A stretch of 54,565 bases of DNA, filler included, from Perkinsus olseni (lineage: Eukaryota): the NCBI GenBank assembly GCA_013115125.1. It is 2 parts of 2 records of this genome, joined end to end, with 100 filler letters (N's around TTAATTAATTAA, not from the genome) between each part and the next. Parts side by side here need not be neighbours in the genome. Positions count along the whole stretch, not along the records: positions 27,372 to 54,565 come from JABANN010000470.1; 1 more part is not named here. One strand, given 5' to 3'. The translations under genes and the position numbers were made by a program. Below the pieces are notes generated by a model. The model searched no databases and was not told the DNA's origin. It saw only the letters and a program-made list of their open reading frames with translations. Of this stretch, positions 33,224-44,181 are shown one piece after another. Within the stretch, counting starts at the first letter, position 1. Each line of letters begins with the position of its first letter.

Positions 33224-33467
33224 TTTCTTGCTTTCTGAGTTCATGTGAGTTCACGCAACGGGCGGTATTCTATCCTTGTCGGCTGCCTCAAGCTCTACCC
33301 ATCTCTCCTCTATTATAGCCATGATGGCTGATGTAGGGTCCATCCTCACATAGCTCAAAAGCTATGACTAACAAAAGAGCACCACAGCATGTGCAGGAAA
33401 CATAAGGGTGATTATCACAAAGTATAGTAGAAGGCAGAGGAACAGAGAAATCTCTAAACAGGGGTAA

Positions 33468-34691
33468 CTAAACCTCGTCATCCACTGCTGCTGTCGTTGT
33501 TGGATCGGCAGCGGCGGGTGTCGTGGGTTGCATCTCCAAACTGGTATAAGCAACATGCTGAGCTCTCTTACGCTTGATGATGCAGTATGCTATCAAGCAG
33601 CATATGAGTAGGAGTAGTACGCAAAGCACTACGCCAATACAAATGTCTAGGACAGTCCTTTCTCGGACCGAAGTACCAAAAATCGACCGGAATAGAGGGT
33701 TACCAAGCTCATCCCAAAGGATAGGAGGGTAAGTGGTGGAATGGACTGAGTCCCAGTCCAGAGGGTCACCGACGACCAGGGCATAATCATGGAAGTTGTA
33801 ATTAGCAGGGACGCGCTTCATGTTGTAGAGGGCGATGTTTCCATACTCATTCTGAAGGACGTCTATAGGCTTGTTAGGGACCATGACCTGGGCTGTGAAA
33901 TTACCACCAGTTTGGGTGGACCAGGTCGGAGGCACTAGATCGGATACTGTGTTGCAAGCATCGGGCCATCGACAAACTCTAGGGAAGGGGACCGAGTCCG
34001 GGCACTTGCACTTCTGATTGGAGTCAGCGGACCACTTGTCCTGTTGTGACAACATCCACACATCGACATGGCAGGTTTGGCCTTTGTAGTCTGTCCTCAC
34101 ATAGAACTCATCAGTATTGCACCCAAGAAAGGAATCGCTAGGCAGCTCATTGCCAATTCCAGTTTGACGGGCAGCTATATGATAACCCGGTCCCATCTTA
34201 TTTTGAAGCAGATCCAGTATATTATCAAAATCACCGCCATACCGCTTGAAGGAAGCATCACAATCATCCCGCATCAGCCCCACGTCCGCGTCCAGGTCCC
34301 AGGGGATTTGAGATTGATTGTGCCTGTACCATCCTAGTAGGGACCCAGATACCAAGAATACGGGCATCTCGAGTTGGTCCATGATTTTGGTGACATCATC
34401 CGTAACATGAGAGTAGCACTCCAGAGCAGTCTCCTGGTTGTGGAACAGACCGAACTCCTGTCGATCCATGCAGGCCGAGCCATTTATCATGATAGACTCA
34501 GCTGGCCAGGGCCCGAGATCACTGGGAAGGGCGTCATAGGGACAGAGAAAAATCTGATCGTCCCTAGCAGTTTGGGGATAGTCCTCGGGAAGGACCTGTA
34601 TGTAGGCGTGAGGAGAGCCTTTGCCTTCGATACTGCATATTAGTAGTGGTAGTACGAAGAAGAGAAAACGAGGTGATGATGCCGCTACCAT
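33468..34691 (-). CDS. Intronless LicD/fukutin-family nucleotidyltransferase-fold protein with signal peptide and C-terminal TM
   Basis: FLVSGSLLGWYRH...IPWDLDADVGL and HVDVW motifs, N-terminal hydrophobic leader, TM ICIGVVLCVLLLLICCLIAYCII followed by KRKR. Confidence 0.88.
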   Translation of the reverse strand: MVAASSPRFLFFVLPLLICSIEGKGSPHAYIQVLPEDYPQTARDDQIFLCPYDALPSDLGPWPAESIMINGSACMDRQEFGLFHNQETALECYSHVTDDVTKIMDQLEMPVFLVSGSLLGWYRHNQSQIPWDLDADVGLMRDDCDASFKRYGGDFDNILDLLQNKMGPGYHIAARQTGIGNELPSDSFLGCNTDEFYVRTDYKGQTCHVDVWMLSQQDKWSADSNQKCKCPDSVPFPRVCRWPDACNTVSDLVPPTWSTQTGGNFTAQVMVPNKPIDVLQNEYGNIALYNMKRVPANYNFHDYALVVGDPLDWDSVHSTTYPPILWDELGNPLFRSIFGTSVRERTVLDICIGVVLCVLLLLICCLIAYCIIKRKRAQHVAYTSLEMQPTTPAAADPTTTAAVDDEV

Positions 34692-34739
34692 GGCGGAAAG
34701 GGAAGACTGTGAAAGTGGAGGTCAGCATCGCGCTCAGCT

Positions 34740-35627
34740 TCACGCAAGGTCCAGCGCTGGTGATGGAAAAAATCTTAACCAAGTGATAGTACACGCAGCA
34801 GTGATGATTGGTATGAACATACAGAAAACAGCAACTCTCCGGCCTCCCACTGCTACTACCGTCGGGACTCCTGTCTCTGCTCGTCGCTGTGCTTTGGTGT
34901 TGGTACATGATAAGTATTCCGCTGGCATGACTCGGGAAATTGGAAGCCCTTCGCCTGCTGTACCAACCCGTCCACGAGTTCTGTCGCTTCTCGCAACATA
35001 TCCGACAGGTCCAACCATAACGAAGGCTGGGTCCTGAATAGTGAAATAGGGTCGCTGCATGGGGACCACTGCACTACCCTGTGACGGCTGATGGTCTGGT
35101 GGCAACCATAGACGGCGCATTGCCTCTACTCGAGTCCTCAACACTACTCCGCGGAACTATGTCTGGTGATAGTATCTTCGACACGTGCCTCGGACCATCA
35201 TCAACATCGTGCTTGGGTGTTGCCGAAAAGTCGCTAGCTTCAGAATCACTATCGAACTCACTGTCGAACTCGGCTGTGATGTAACTGATGGTGTCTAGTG
35301 GACGGGCTATGTACGATCAACAACCACACGCTCACCCCTGCCCCCCATAACCATCCCCACCAGCTGCTGCATTTTTATAAGACTCATCACGATAGTCTGC
35401 CATCAGGTGCCGTGACAGAGTCACTATCGGTGGATCTGCTCGCAACACTTAGATGCCTTCCTAGTTGTATAATACAGCTGCCACCTAGTACCTATCCCTT
35501 CCCCTCCTCTATCATCGTCAGTAGCGGTGGTGGTTTCCGATCTGCTGTTAGTACTGCTGCTAGACTGAGGTTGCTTGGTCTCATATGAGAGCCTTGTGTC
35601 GCAGGGAGGGTCGGGCGATGCAGGCAT
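34740..35627 (-). CDS. Hypothetical low-complexity, C-terminally anchored membrane protein
   Basis: S/T/D-rich exons from MPASPDPP; final exon with hydrophobic VAVFCMFIPIITAACTITWL just before the stop. Confidence 0.45.
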
Positions 35628-35910
35628 TTAAATAATACAGTACTGCAGCTTTTAGTGAGAAGAGTTAATAAGGTGGGATATGGTACATTACACGAATCAC
35701 GAGTGAAACCTTAATGAAACTACGTTCACAACGGAACCAGCCCAACGACAGCCCTAGGTGCGGTAGGAACTGTAGGTGGTTGGGAATGTGCTCGCTTGCT
35801 ACGCTACCCAGAGAGCAGCTCCGTCGAATGATGATGATGACGGTGATGTAGTAGTGAATCTTGCTATCTAATATACCTTCACGCTACACAATCGGGCTGT
35901 TCAATAGACA

Positions 35911-36095
35911 AGCGCGAGTTCGTTCCCAGGAACGTTCTTGAAGAACGTTCTTCAAGAACGTTCCTGACATTGTCTTCAATAAATACGTTCCTGGAAAGTT
36001 TCGGGAACGTTCCTAGGCATGAACTTCAGGCATGTTCATCAAACACGTTCTTGAAGAACGTGCCCCAGGAACGTTCCTAGGGCGTGAATCGCGCT
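35911..36095. repeat. GAACGTTC palindrome array with imperfect terminal inverted repeats
   Basis: Perfect 40-bp palindrome at 35927-35966, five exact GAACGTTC copies plus several variants, ends AGCGCGAGTTCGTTCCCAGGAACGTTC and GAACGTTCCTAGGGCGTGAATCGCGCT. Confidence 0.9.
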
Positions 36096-36150
36096 CCGCT
36101 CCGCTACGACAGGCAAGTCCAAAGAGGACTTTGAACCTCGCGGGAACCCG

Positions 36151-36222
36151 GGAAATTTAGTTCAGTACGTAGAGCGGCTGACTATCACCCTGGTGACCCG
36201 GGTTCGACCCCTCACAGTATAC
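36151..36222 (+). pseudogene. tRNA(Asp)-like degenerate gene / tRNA-derived Pol III promoter element
   Basis: Canonical tRNA spacing: TA, D-arm GTTC-AGTACGTA-GAGC, loop CT-ATC-AC, TGAC, CCGGG-TTCGACC. Acceptor, anticodon and T stems do not pair fully. Confidence 0.6.
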
Positions 36223-36451
36223 AAGCCCTCAGAAATGATAAGAATGGTGACTCACCATTGGTGAGGGCAGTACTAGCAGCAGAGGGCAGCGGTCGGTGGC
36301 GAGTCTCGCTGGCACCATCCCGGGGGCCGAACCACTCTGTGAGGATGAAATCCGAGAGAGTGGCACGCGCCACAAAATTCTCAGGCACGGTTAGACTGTT
36401 CCTGAAATTTACAGTCTCAGTAAATGAAGGACGGCTTCGGAACTTGTTGAG

Positions 36452-39400
36452 ATGGATCGACACATACATATAAAACCCCATGCTAGTGTTGCGAGTCCTC
36501 GTAGTACAGTTGCATCATCATCCTCTGTGATGGCCAGAGAGTCCCCAGCATTACTACACATAGCTGAGCTAGATATACCGGAACACTTCCTTCCTGTTGA
36601 CCCTCTAACGGACCCTTGTTATAGACAGTCAGTTGAGGACGAAGGTGGATGGTGTTATAAGAGGTAGTAGTAGTCACGATCAGCTGTGGTATAGGGCCTG
36701 CTGGGTAGGTCCCTAGTAGCTGAGCTGTCTACAATGCTAGATCTTGACGAGGATGTGGTAGTGGATATGACCATGTTAAGGGATCGTATCAGCCAGTGTG
36801 AACGCTGGGAGAAGGCTCTGAAGGACAGGCTGGGGCAGGAGCTGAAGAAACGGAGGGATATGCTGGCAAAGGGGGATGGCATTATAGAAGCAGCAACGAG
36901 AGAGGTACTTCTAAACCTGCTGTTGGGCTATCTCTGTTGAGCGCAAGGGTCACCGAAATCCCCTTCAATTTCTAGGAGTCCATACGGCTTGGCGTGGGTT
37001 ACCTACAACGGTAGTTCAGGTGTGCTTGGCCTTGGCAGCTGCAGTGAACTCCCGTCGGGCGCTACGAGGTCTTGTAGAGGAGAGGGTGCTCAGCCCCAGT
37101 AGGACACTAGCATTGGCACGGAGGAGGCATAGGCTTATATTAGTCAAGAGACGGGTAATAGGCTGTTCTTGATACGCTCTTGGGCGACGTACGGTGGGCG
37201 TGTGCAATACTGTCGAAGACTGCCTTGGGTAGAGAACAGCCGTCGCCCATCATTATACATCCTTGAGTTGTATCCACATCATCCAGGCCGTAGTGGGTTG
37301 GCTGATGATGAGCCACCTCATTCCTTGGTGTTGTTGTCGTTGGCAGCTCATCGAGGTGTCGAGGGTCTCTCAAGCCTACAAGGCGTATCGAGTAGCGTCA
37401 AGCATTACTGACTCGATCCATGCTGCCTTGGAACTACATCAGCTCCTCGACACCGGGATAGAGCTACCCTCTTGGATGAAGGAGGAGGAAGGCAGTGATT
37501 TGGTATCCTAAATACACCTCATTGCTAGGCTTCCTCCACGCTGCTTGGCTTAGGCTCATCCTTCGGTATTACTGGCGTCAATAAGATCGACCTTGTGTGA
37601 GAGGCTGAAGCCATTGGCAATAGTAGATGATCTCAGCGATGTTCGAGAAGGTTATGTTGAAACGCTATCAGGGTAGTAGTTAGTACCACTTCTCTGCCAC
37701 ATCTCGACTCAAAGGTACTGGCAACTCATCATGTCCTACAATGACGCCGTTTCAACTAATATCAACCCAGCAGCCGACATGTGCTCTAATTTCTGCAACC
37801 TCGTAGGCTCCAGCACCTCGACGAGCTCACGACTGCCTTTACACAGGTAGTTACCATAGCCCGCCAGTGCCTGCTCGCTGCTACCAATCGGGGAGGGCGG
37901 GATATGGACGAGTATGCTTACACTGGTCGGAAGGCAATGCCGGTCACCGAGCTGTGTCAGCTACTAGACCCTCGAGAACTAGCGCACTTCCTGCATAGAC
38001 TGTAGTACCACCCCGTGGTCGTAGTTGTGTGAGAAAATGTTGGTTTTAGGCTAGAGGTGTTCCTTACTCTTATTATACGATACGATAGGCTAGTTGAATG
38101 GCATGAAAGATTTGATGTAGGGAAGACCGCCGCCGATGCTGGCTCCTCCTGTAAAGCGTTGTACGTTAGGGATGTGATGGTATGGAGGATTCACAGCTAA
38201 TCGAGTTCGTCAACAATCTATCTGCCGAACTCACTGCCCGTCGAGAGTTGATACTGGAGCGAGTCTACAAGCAGTTACAAGTGCTATTGGAGTCCCTCAA
38301 CTGCCTCATCAGTAAGCCGCGCCTTCGACTTTGCTTTGCTTACTCCAGCCCGTAGTGACTAGTGCTCAGTGGCTAGCCGTGCGGTGTATCGCCTCCTAGC
38401 GGAGCCATCGCCATCATTACTGTGCCAGGTTGTCCTCTCCGTACAGTATCTGATATATGTGGTTTGATTAGAGTATTCAACCACGCGAGTATGGCTGTTG
38501 GCGACGTCTCAGGCCCCGCGGTTGAGGTAAGCTTCATACCACACCTTTCTTCACTCGGTAGTTCATTTAGAACATTTCCATGTACATGGCCTTCCTCTGT
38601 TTCTACAGATACTGGATAGACTAGTGCGTAGTGTTGTCCGTGATGTGAGCTTGCGGATCTGGGACGGGGATCTCTTGCCTCTAGCACAGAGGGAATCGTG
38701 GAGGCTACTGGAGTCTTCTGATGTAAGCAACAACAACAACAACAACTACTCAAAAGTGGGAACCATCTGCACTGCCTCTCAGCCTTTGATACCGCTACCT
38801 AAAAGGGTCCGAGTGCTGCCAGTGGAAGCTGGAGACGCTAACGTCTTGTCAAAGCCGTCTATCGAAGCTGCTATCTATGACCTATCTGATCTTAGTGGGT
38901 ACGTGCCTTCTATGATGATGCTTTCTAACTGGCAATCCTTAGAGTATCGTCTATGATATCACCAAGATGGCCGATGGTGACACAAGCCACAGCCAATCGC
39001 ATTGGGGACCTGCTGCAGCTAGGAGTTGTTCATCCACCGGTGGGTAGTACTACCCACCCTGGGGGCTGTGACTGGCACGAGTCAGGTCCAATTTGACATT
39101 ATCATAGCGATAACTCAAGTTTTCGAGCTTTACCTCCACACCGTGAGTACCGCACTAGCCTTAGCACTACGACTACAGTCCTGTCATCAGATCTTCGGTC
39201 TCTTCGTAGTGCGGCATCCCACTTTCGACGAGATCGTCAGTGGAGGCCACAACATCAGGGCCGACATCAACGACAGGCATGCCATTTACGAGGACCACGA
39301 CAAATTCATAGCCTACAGGCATTACAGTAATGATGAGTTGCTGCCGTCCATCTCCGGCGATTGCTCTTGACAAGGTACACTGAGTCGGCAGTTTTTCAAG

Positions 39401-40565
39401 TTACGCCAGCTGGTGGCCGCCAGTGGCAGCAGATTCCACCAACTGCTCCTCGTGGACGTGCCGACCGTCCAGAAGTTGGGAATATCTTCTTCATCGTGAG
39501 TCCGCTGCTGTCCTCGATGAGCAGGCATGATGGCTAGGTTTGGACTGAAGGAGCGATGCTCGGCCCTACAGAGCTGCGAGGGCCTCCTCGTATCATTACG
39601 GTATCACTGGGACAATAGTGAGATAGTGGAAGAAATGCAAGAGAGGCAAGATCAGGGTAGCGTATCAGTAACACTACCAGGAGTTTGGCTGGTGTTAGAT
39701 ACGTGTCAGAGTTTCTCTCGACATGCAGTACGATGGTATGTGAGTTGAGGTTGGTGGTCCTCGATAACTGTGCGGGTAGCATTGTGAACAAGCCCCTGGC
39801 CGCTTGGACGCAGCGGGCTTTACGTCGCTTCGCCGCTACTGGTATCGCTAGCAGTGGGCAGTCGTCACCTGATGAGGAGCGGAAGGGCGTTCAAGACAAT
39901 AACAGCAACGAGGCCGACACTCTGGTGTCATCGGTGAGTAGGGAAAGGTATGGTATGCGTTGCAAGCCCTTCCCTCAGTTGTACACCGTCTTGGCCGATG
40001 CTCGTGAAGGCGTTGATCCTTCCATGTTGCGTCTACTAGCGGCCTGCATGTACAAACGCGTCGCTCAGCAGGCAGGCGAGATCACTGGCTTGGTCCGCCC
40101 TGTGGACACTGTGATCTCAGAGGGCCTACAGGAGTACCACCTATACAGCAGCGTCACCTTGTCGTCACCTACTGCTGCACAGATACTTGTCCAACATCTC
40201 TGCGTCATTAGTACTACCAGAGGGTGATGCTGATACATACTGGGAAGCTCGCTTGACTGGTGCCTGGAAGCCCGTTTTGGAGTACGCGAAGGCCTTCCGG
40301 CTTCGTGAAGGGCAAGAGGCATGAGGGGAGGTGATCAGCATGATGTTAATGAGTCCAAGTGCAGGTGCTTGACTGGTGCAAGTCTCACTCTAAGGAGGTG
40401 TCACTGCGGTTACTAGCGGCCCTTATCACTTGCGTATGTCCTGATGATGCTGTTGAAGGAGGGCTCCTACTGCAGTTGGAGAGGTAAGGGTTATCAGATA
40501 TGAATTGGGTAAATTATGGTATTAGGTATGTACTGCAGGAGACTATGGCCGGACGAGATACATGA
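36452..40565 (+). CDS. VPS50/syndetin-like (EARP/GARP tethering) protein, many exons; start uncertain
   Basis: All-helical exons with LAQRESWRLL, QFDIIIAITQVFELYLHTV, FGLKERCSALQSCEGL, MVCELR and ISEGLQEY...QILVQHL. Their order and pattern recall conserved VPS50 blocks (recognised from memory, not searched). Confidence 0.55.
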
Positions 40566-40899
40566 GCGAACAGTACTATCCCAAGTTTTATCAAGTCTAA
40601 TTCCATGTTTCCGCAACCAATGTGTATCCGCGTTGGGCCATGTCTGAGTCATCTTGCCAATCTTGTACCATCTTACGGCTCTTCAACGCGCGGCAATTCG
40701 GGCAGGATGCGACCCTCGCGGCGCATCTCTCTTGGACCACAGGCCACGAAACTAGCGAGGATTGAGCGTCACACCATTCAGACGACCGCGGGTAAATATC
40801 TTCATGGTGCCGTTATAAGGGATCCCTTCATCATAACGGCAGCCCCGCGGGATTAGTAGTACCATCGACTGCCACCAGTATTTATCATCATCATTGACT

Positions 40900-42269
40900 A
40901 TGCTACAGCCCACGTCGAGTAAGGCAGCAGGCCGTACTGCATCATCGTCGTCGTCAGCTGTTGATAAGCGGTAGACGGCAGTGAGCACAGCGGCATCCTC
41001 CATGTGCCCTGTAGGTACGGGTCTCCTGACCCAGGAGGTATACCTATGCAGCCGATGAGGGGCCCACAGCAACGAGTACGACCACAAGGCGACTTGCTGG
41101 ACGTATCGACAGCACCAGCACCAGCAGAAGCGTCCCCTGCGTCGTCTTCCAGCAAGGAAAGGAGGGGCTCTAACGCCCTCATGGTGGATCTGGAGGACTC
41201 TGTTACAGGAGCATTGCGGAAAGGTCATGAAGCGGCAGTGACTCTCGATCCTATTAGAGTTATAGTATTCTTCATTGTAATAGTAGCCCTACTTTTCTTC
41301 GCTACTTTGGGTCCGACGATACCATCTCTTCCCCAACTCCCGAACAGAGACCTCGAAATGAACCCTGCTGCTGGGCGGGCGTCTGGTGAAGCACCAGCGG
41401 CTCGAGGGGTCTCTTCAGCGTTCCTTAACGCCTGTGCCTCGGCGGATAGACGGAGCTTCCAAGCGATACTGGAGCGCTATGGGAGAGTCCTCAATAGTGG
41501 CGATCAGCAGCTATGTATGCATTACGCCTTACAAGGTGGCGAAAAGGGTTACCTGGACATAGTGTCAAGCCTGCTGTCCATGGGGGTGGATCCTGTCGTA
41601 GAGGATCCTAGTGGAGTATCTTTGCTCGAGGTGGCCTGTGGGGAGGGTCGGGTCGAAGCTCTTGATACGATGCTCCGGAGTGATACTAGCTTGTGTAGTG
41701 GTGATAGTCTCTACTACTTCGCAGGGAGAGCACCAACACAGGAGGCTACAAGGCAGCTCATCGAAGTTATTCGGAAACACTGTGAGAAGCACAAAGACGG
41801 CAAAGGCGACGTAGAGGTTGCTGGGGTTCGTGATGACGCACGGTTCGCCAAAGAAGAGGTTAGTACCGCGAAGGGCAGAAATTACGAATCGGAATGGTCG
41901 GACATGACCAATCGTGAGAAGTACTCGAAGGAGTTAGCCTCACTGCAGCTAGAAGTTGAGAAATGGCGGGATAGAGCATTCGAGGCAGCACGTCAGAAGC
42001 AGAATCTACTGGGCCGAATAGCCCGACTGGAAGCACAACTGCAGCAGGCTAAGCAGAGGGCTGATGACCAGATCACCACCACACGACCACCTGCTCCTGT
42101 CGAGCATGGTAAGAAGGATGCGGGGGCCGATGATGGATACGAGAGGCTATGGAAGGATGCACACTTTGGAGTTGTAGCCGACAAGCCTTTGACTGGCGCT
42201 CCTGCAGACGAGCTCACAAGTTCACCATTGGGGCCTCCACCGGAGGGACGTAATATGTTTCTAAGTTGA
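40900..42269 (+). CDS. Single-TM, ankyrin-repeat, coiled-coil protein (1 short intron)
   Basis: TM VIVFFIVIVALLFFATL; ankyrin-like CMHYALQGG..GYLDIVSSLLSMGVDP and SLLEVACGEGRVEALDTML; coiled coil ELASLQLEVEKW...LEAQLQQA. Confidence 0.75.
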
Positions 42270-42481
42270 CAAGTGCACTCTCTATGGTGATGAGGATGTT
42301 GGGCTTCGTCAATTCGTGGCGGGATTCTGGACTGTGGTGTGACACCCCGGATGTCAGTCATCCCCACTTTTCGTTATGCAAGCCTCCATCAATGCTTTCA
42401 AAAGCTTAATCATCAGCCTGATGGAGTACATCGCCTCGGTAGTAATGATAACCGCTGTGAGGGAATTATTGCTTCTCGCAG

Positions 42482-43113
42482 ATGTTCCGGGCCTTCTTCC
42501 GGCGGGCCAAGGACGTGGAAGCTGAGGCAGCGCCGACTCAGCAACAGGCGCCCCCTGTTGAGGAGACCGCTTCCATTCAGGAGAGCACTGTTTTTGAGGG
42601 CAGCTCACCCCAGCCTAGAGTCCGAAGAGAGCGATCCAAGAGATGCATCTATTGCGGTCATAGACTGAAGCGTGGTGATCACTCTAGATGCCGGCCCCTC
42701 ACCCGGGAGGAGCGGTTGCAGATCGAGCCCAGGGTGGGACACTCGATTGGACTGTTCATAATGGGCGCTCACCAAGTGAAATCTGATCCCGCTTTCAGGA
42801 TAGCAGGTCGGTCGAACGTTCCAACGAGCTCAGGGCTCTCTTGAAGGACAAGATGCATGACGGTACTACCGTGAGTTCCTCACTGTGGTCACTCTTCGTG
42901 TATCAGTCCGTGACGTCCTTTCCATGCTGGAAGACTCTCTTGTGGTCGTTAGAACTGAGGTCGCCAGATTGCGGCATGTGAGGCAGGAAATGATTGATAA
43001 TGATGACCTTATAAGTATGCTATACTGGCCATGCAAGAGTGACTCCCACTGCACTCTCCTCAGGTACCGTGGCTGATAGTGAGGATCTCGAGTTCCTTGC
43101 TTCCCTTCAATAA
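42482..43113 (+). CDS. Hypothetical protein with CxxC..H..C motif and short coiled coil (4 exons)
   Basis: RCIYCGHRLKRGDHSRC; in-frame GT-AG splicing through to DLEFLASLQ*. Confidence 0.45.
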
Positions 43114-43282
43114 TGGCAACAACCATCATGACATTGTTGTGTTGCTTACCTGTTGTCTGAGTCACTCTTGATGTTGCCTTGTTAATTCGAAGTCAGCTGT
43201 GCGATGCTACAGTACAAAAGGGTCGGGTAAACTAATGAATAGGAACATTACGGTTTCCGGGCACTTGAACTTGTGAGCTTGC

Positions 43283-44017
43283 AGCTGCGCGCCTGGTAAA
43301 GCATGTCCGATATAGACGAGGAAGAGGATGCTCTCAGGAAGCAGCTCGAAAGTTTGCCCCCGTAGGTTATCAATTCTGCTGCCGCTGTGCGTTGAGGACG
43401 CTCTTGTCAGGATTCGGATTAAGCAATGTGACTTAGATGATGAACAGACAAACAAGATACGCCTGCGTAAGCGTGGGGCGTGGGGGGCCCTCCTCTCGAG
43501 TGTACTCTTAGTGGTGTCGGAGGCCCTAGGCAAACACGCGTTGTCTAAGGATGTTGCTGAGAACATCAAGACGATAATGGATCAAGATCCAGAGTTCAAC
43601 CGAATACCCGGCAAGGTCCGTGCCTCCGTGCTACTCCTAGAGTGAGTGTGTGTCAGCAGGGACCATGGCATTGTGTAGTGGGCAAATCCTTCGGAGGTTC
43701 GATAGCACATGAGAGGAACCATGCAGTAAGGAATGACTGATGCGAACATCTCGACAGCTGTGGATCGACACAGGTCCTTTTTGATGATATCAACTCCGGC
43801 AACACGATACTACTTTTCAAGTCGATGGGAGCTCAGCCGGCCCCTTCTGGTAAGCACGATGTTGAATCACACCGTGCATGTCCCTCTCAGACGGACCACC
43901 TGTACCATCAGCTGCACATGGAGAAGCTACAGGCGGTGTAGGGTTCATCGTGGTCTTCAATCTATCGGAGTTCGAGTCTGACTGCTTCAGGAGGGCACCG
44001 CAGCCGAAGGAGGTTAA
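43283..44017 (+). CDS. Dynein light chain type 1 (LC8-family) protein with extensions
   Basis: IKQCDL...SKDVAENIKTIMD...GPWHCVVGKSFGGSIAHE...TILLFKS. Confidence 0.8.
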
Positions 44018-44181
44018 CCACTCAGACGACGTTTGCTACTGGGCATGTCATTCGTGTGATTCCAATTGCACGACGATCTTTGTTGCGTTGGCAGAGTCAT
44101 TCCAAGGCCGGGCTGTGAGGTTGGGCTCTAACACCTTCGAGCCCTTCTGATGAGCGAGCCAACGCATCCAGAGAGCACTAG

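Noticed and set aside
33312-33333. ATTATAGCCATGATGGCTGATG resembling the Perkinsus spliced leader
   Set aside because: Only about 15/22 matches to the leader as I recall it, and it lies between convergent 3' ends rather than upstream of a gene.
35911-36095. Repeat array as a CRISPR
   Set aside because: No constant repeat with unique spacers, no cas genes, eukaryotic context.
38728-38746. (CAA)6 run read as poly-Asn or poly-Cys ORFs
   Set aside because: Simple microsatellite inside a predicted intron.
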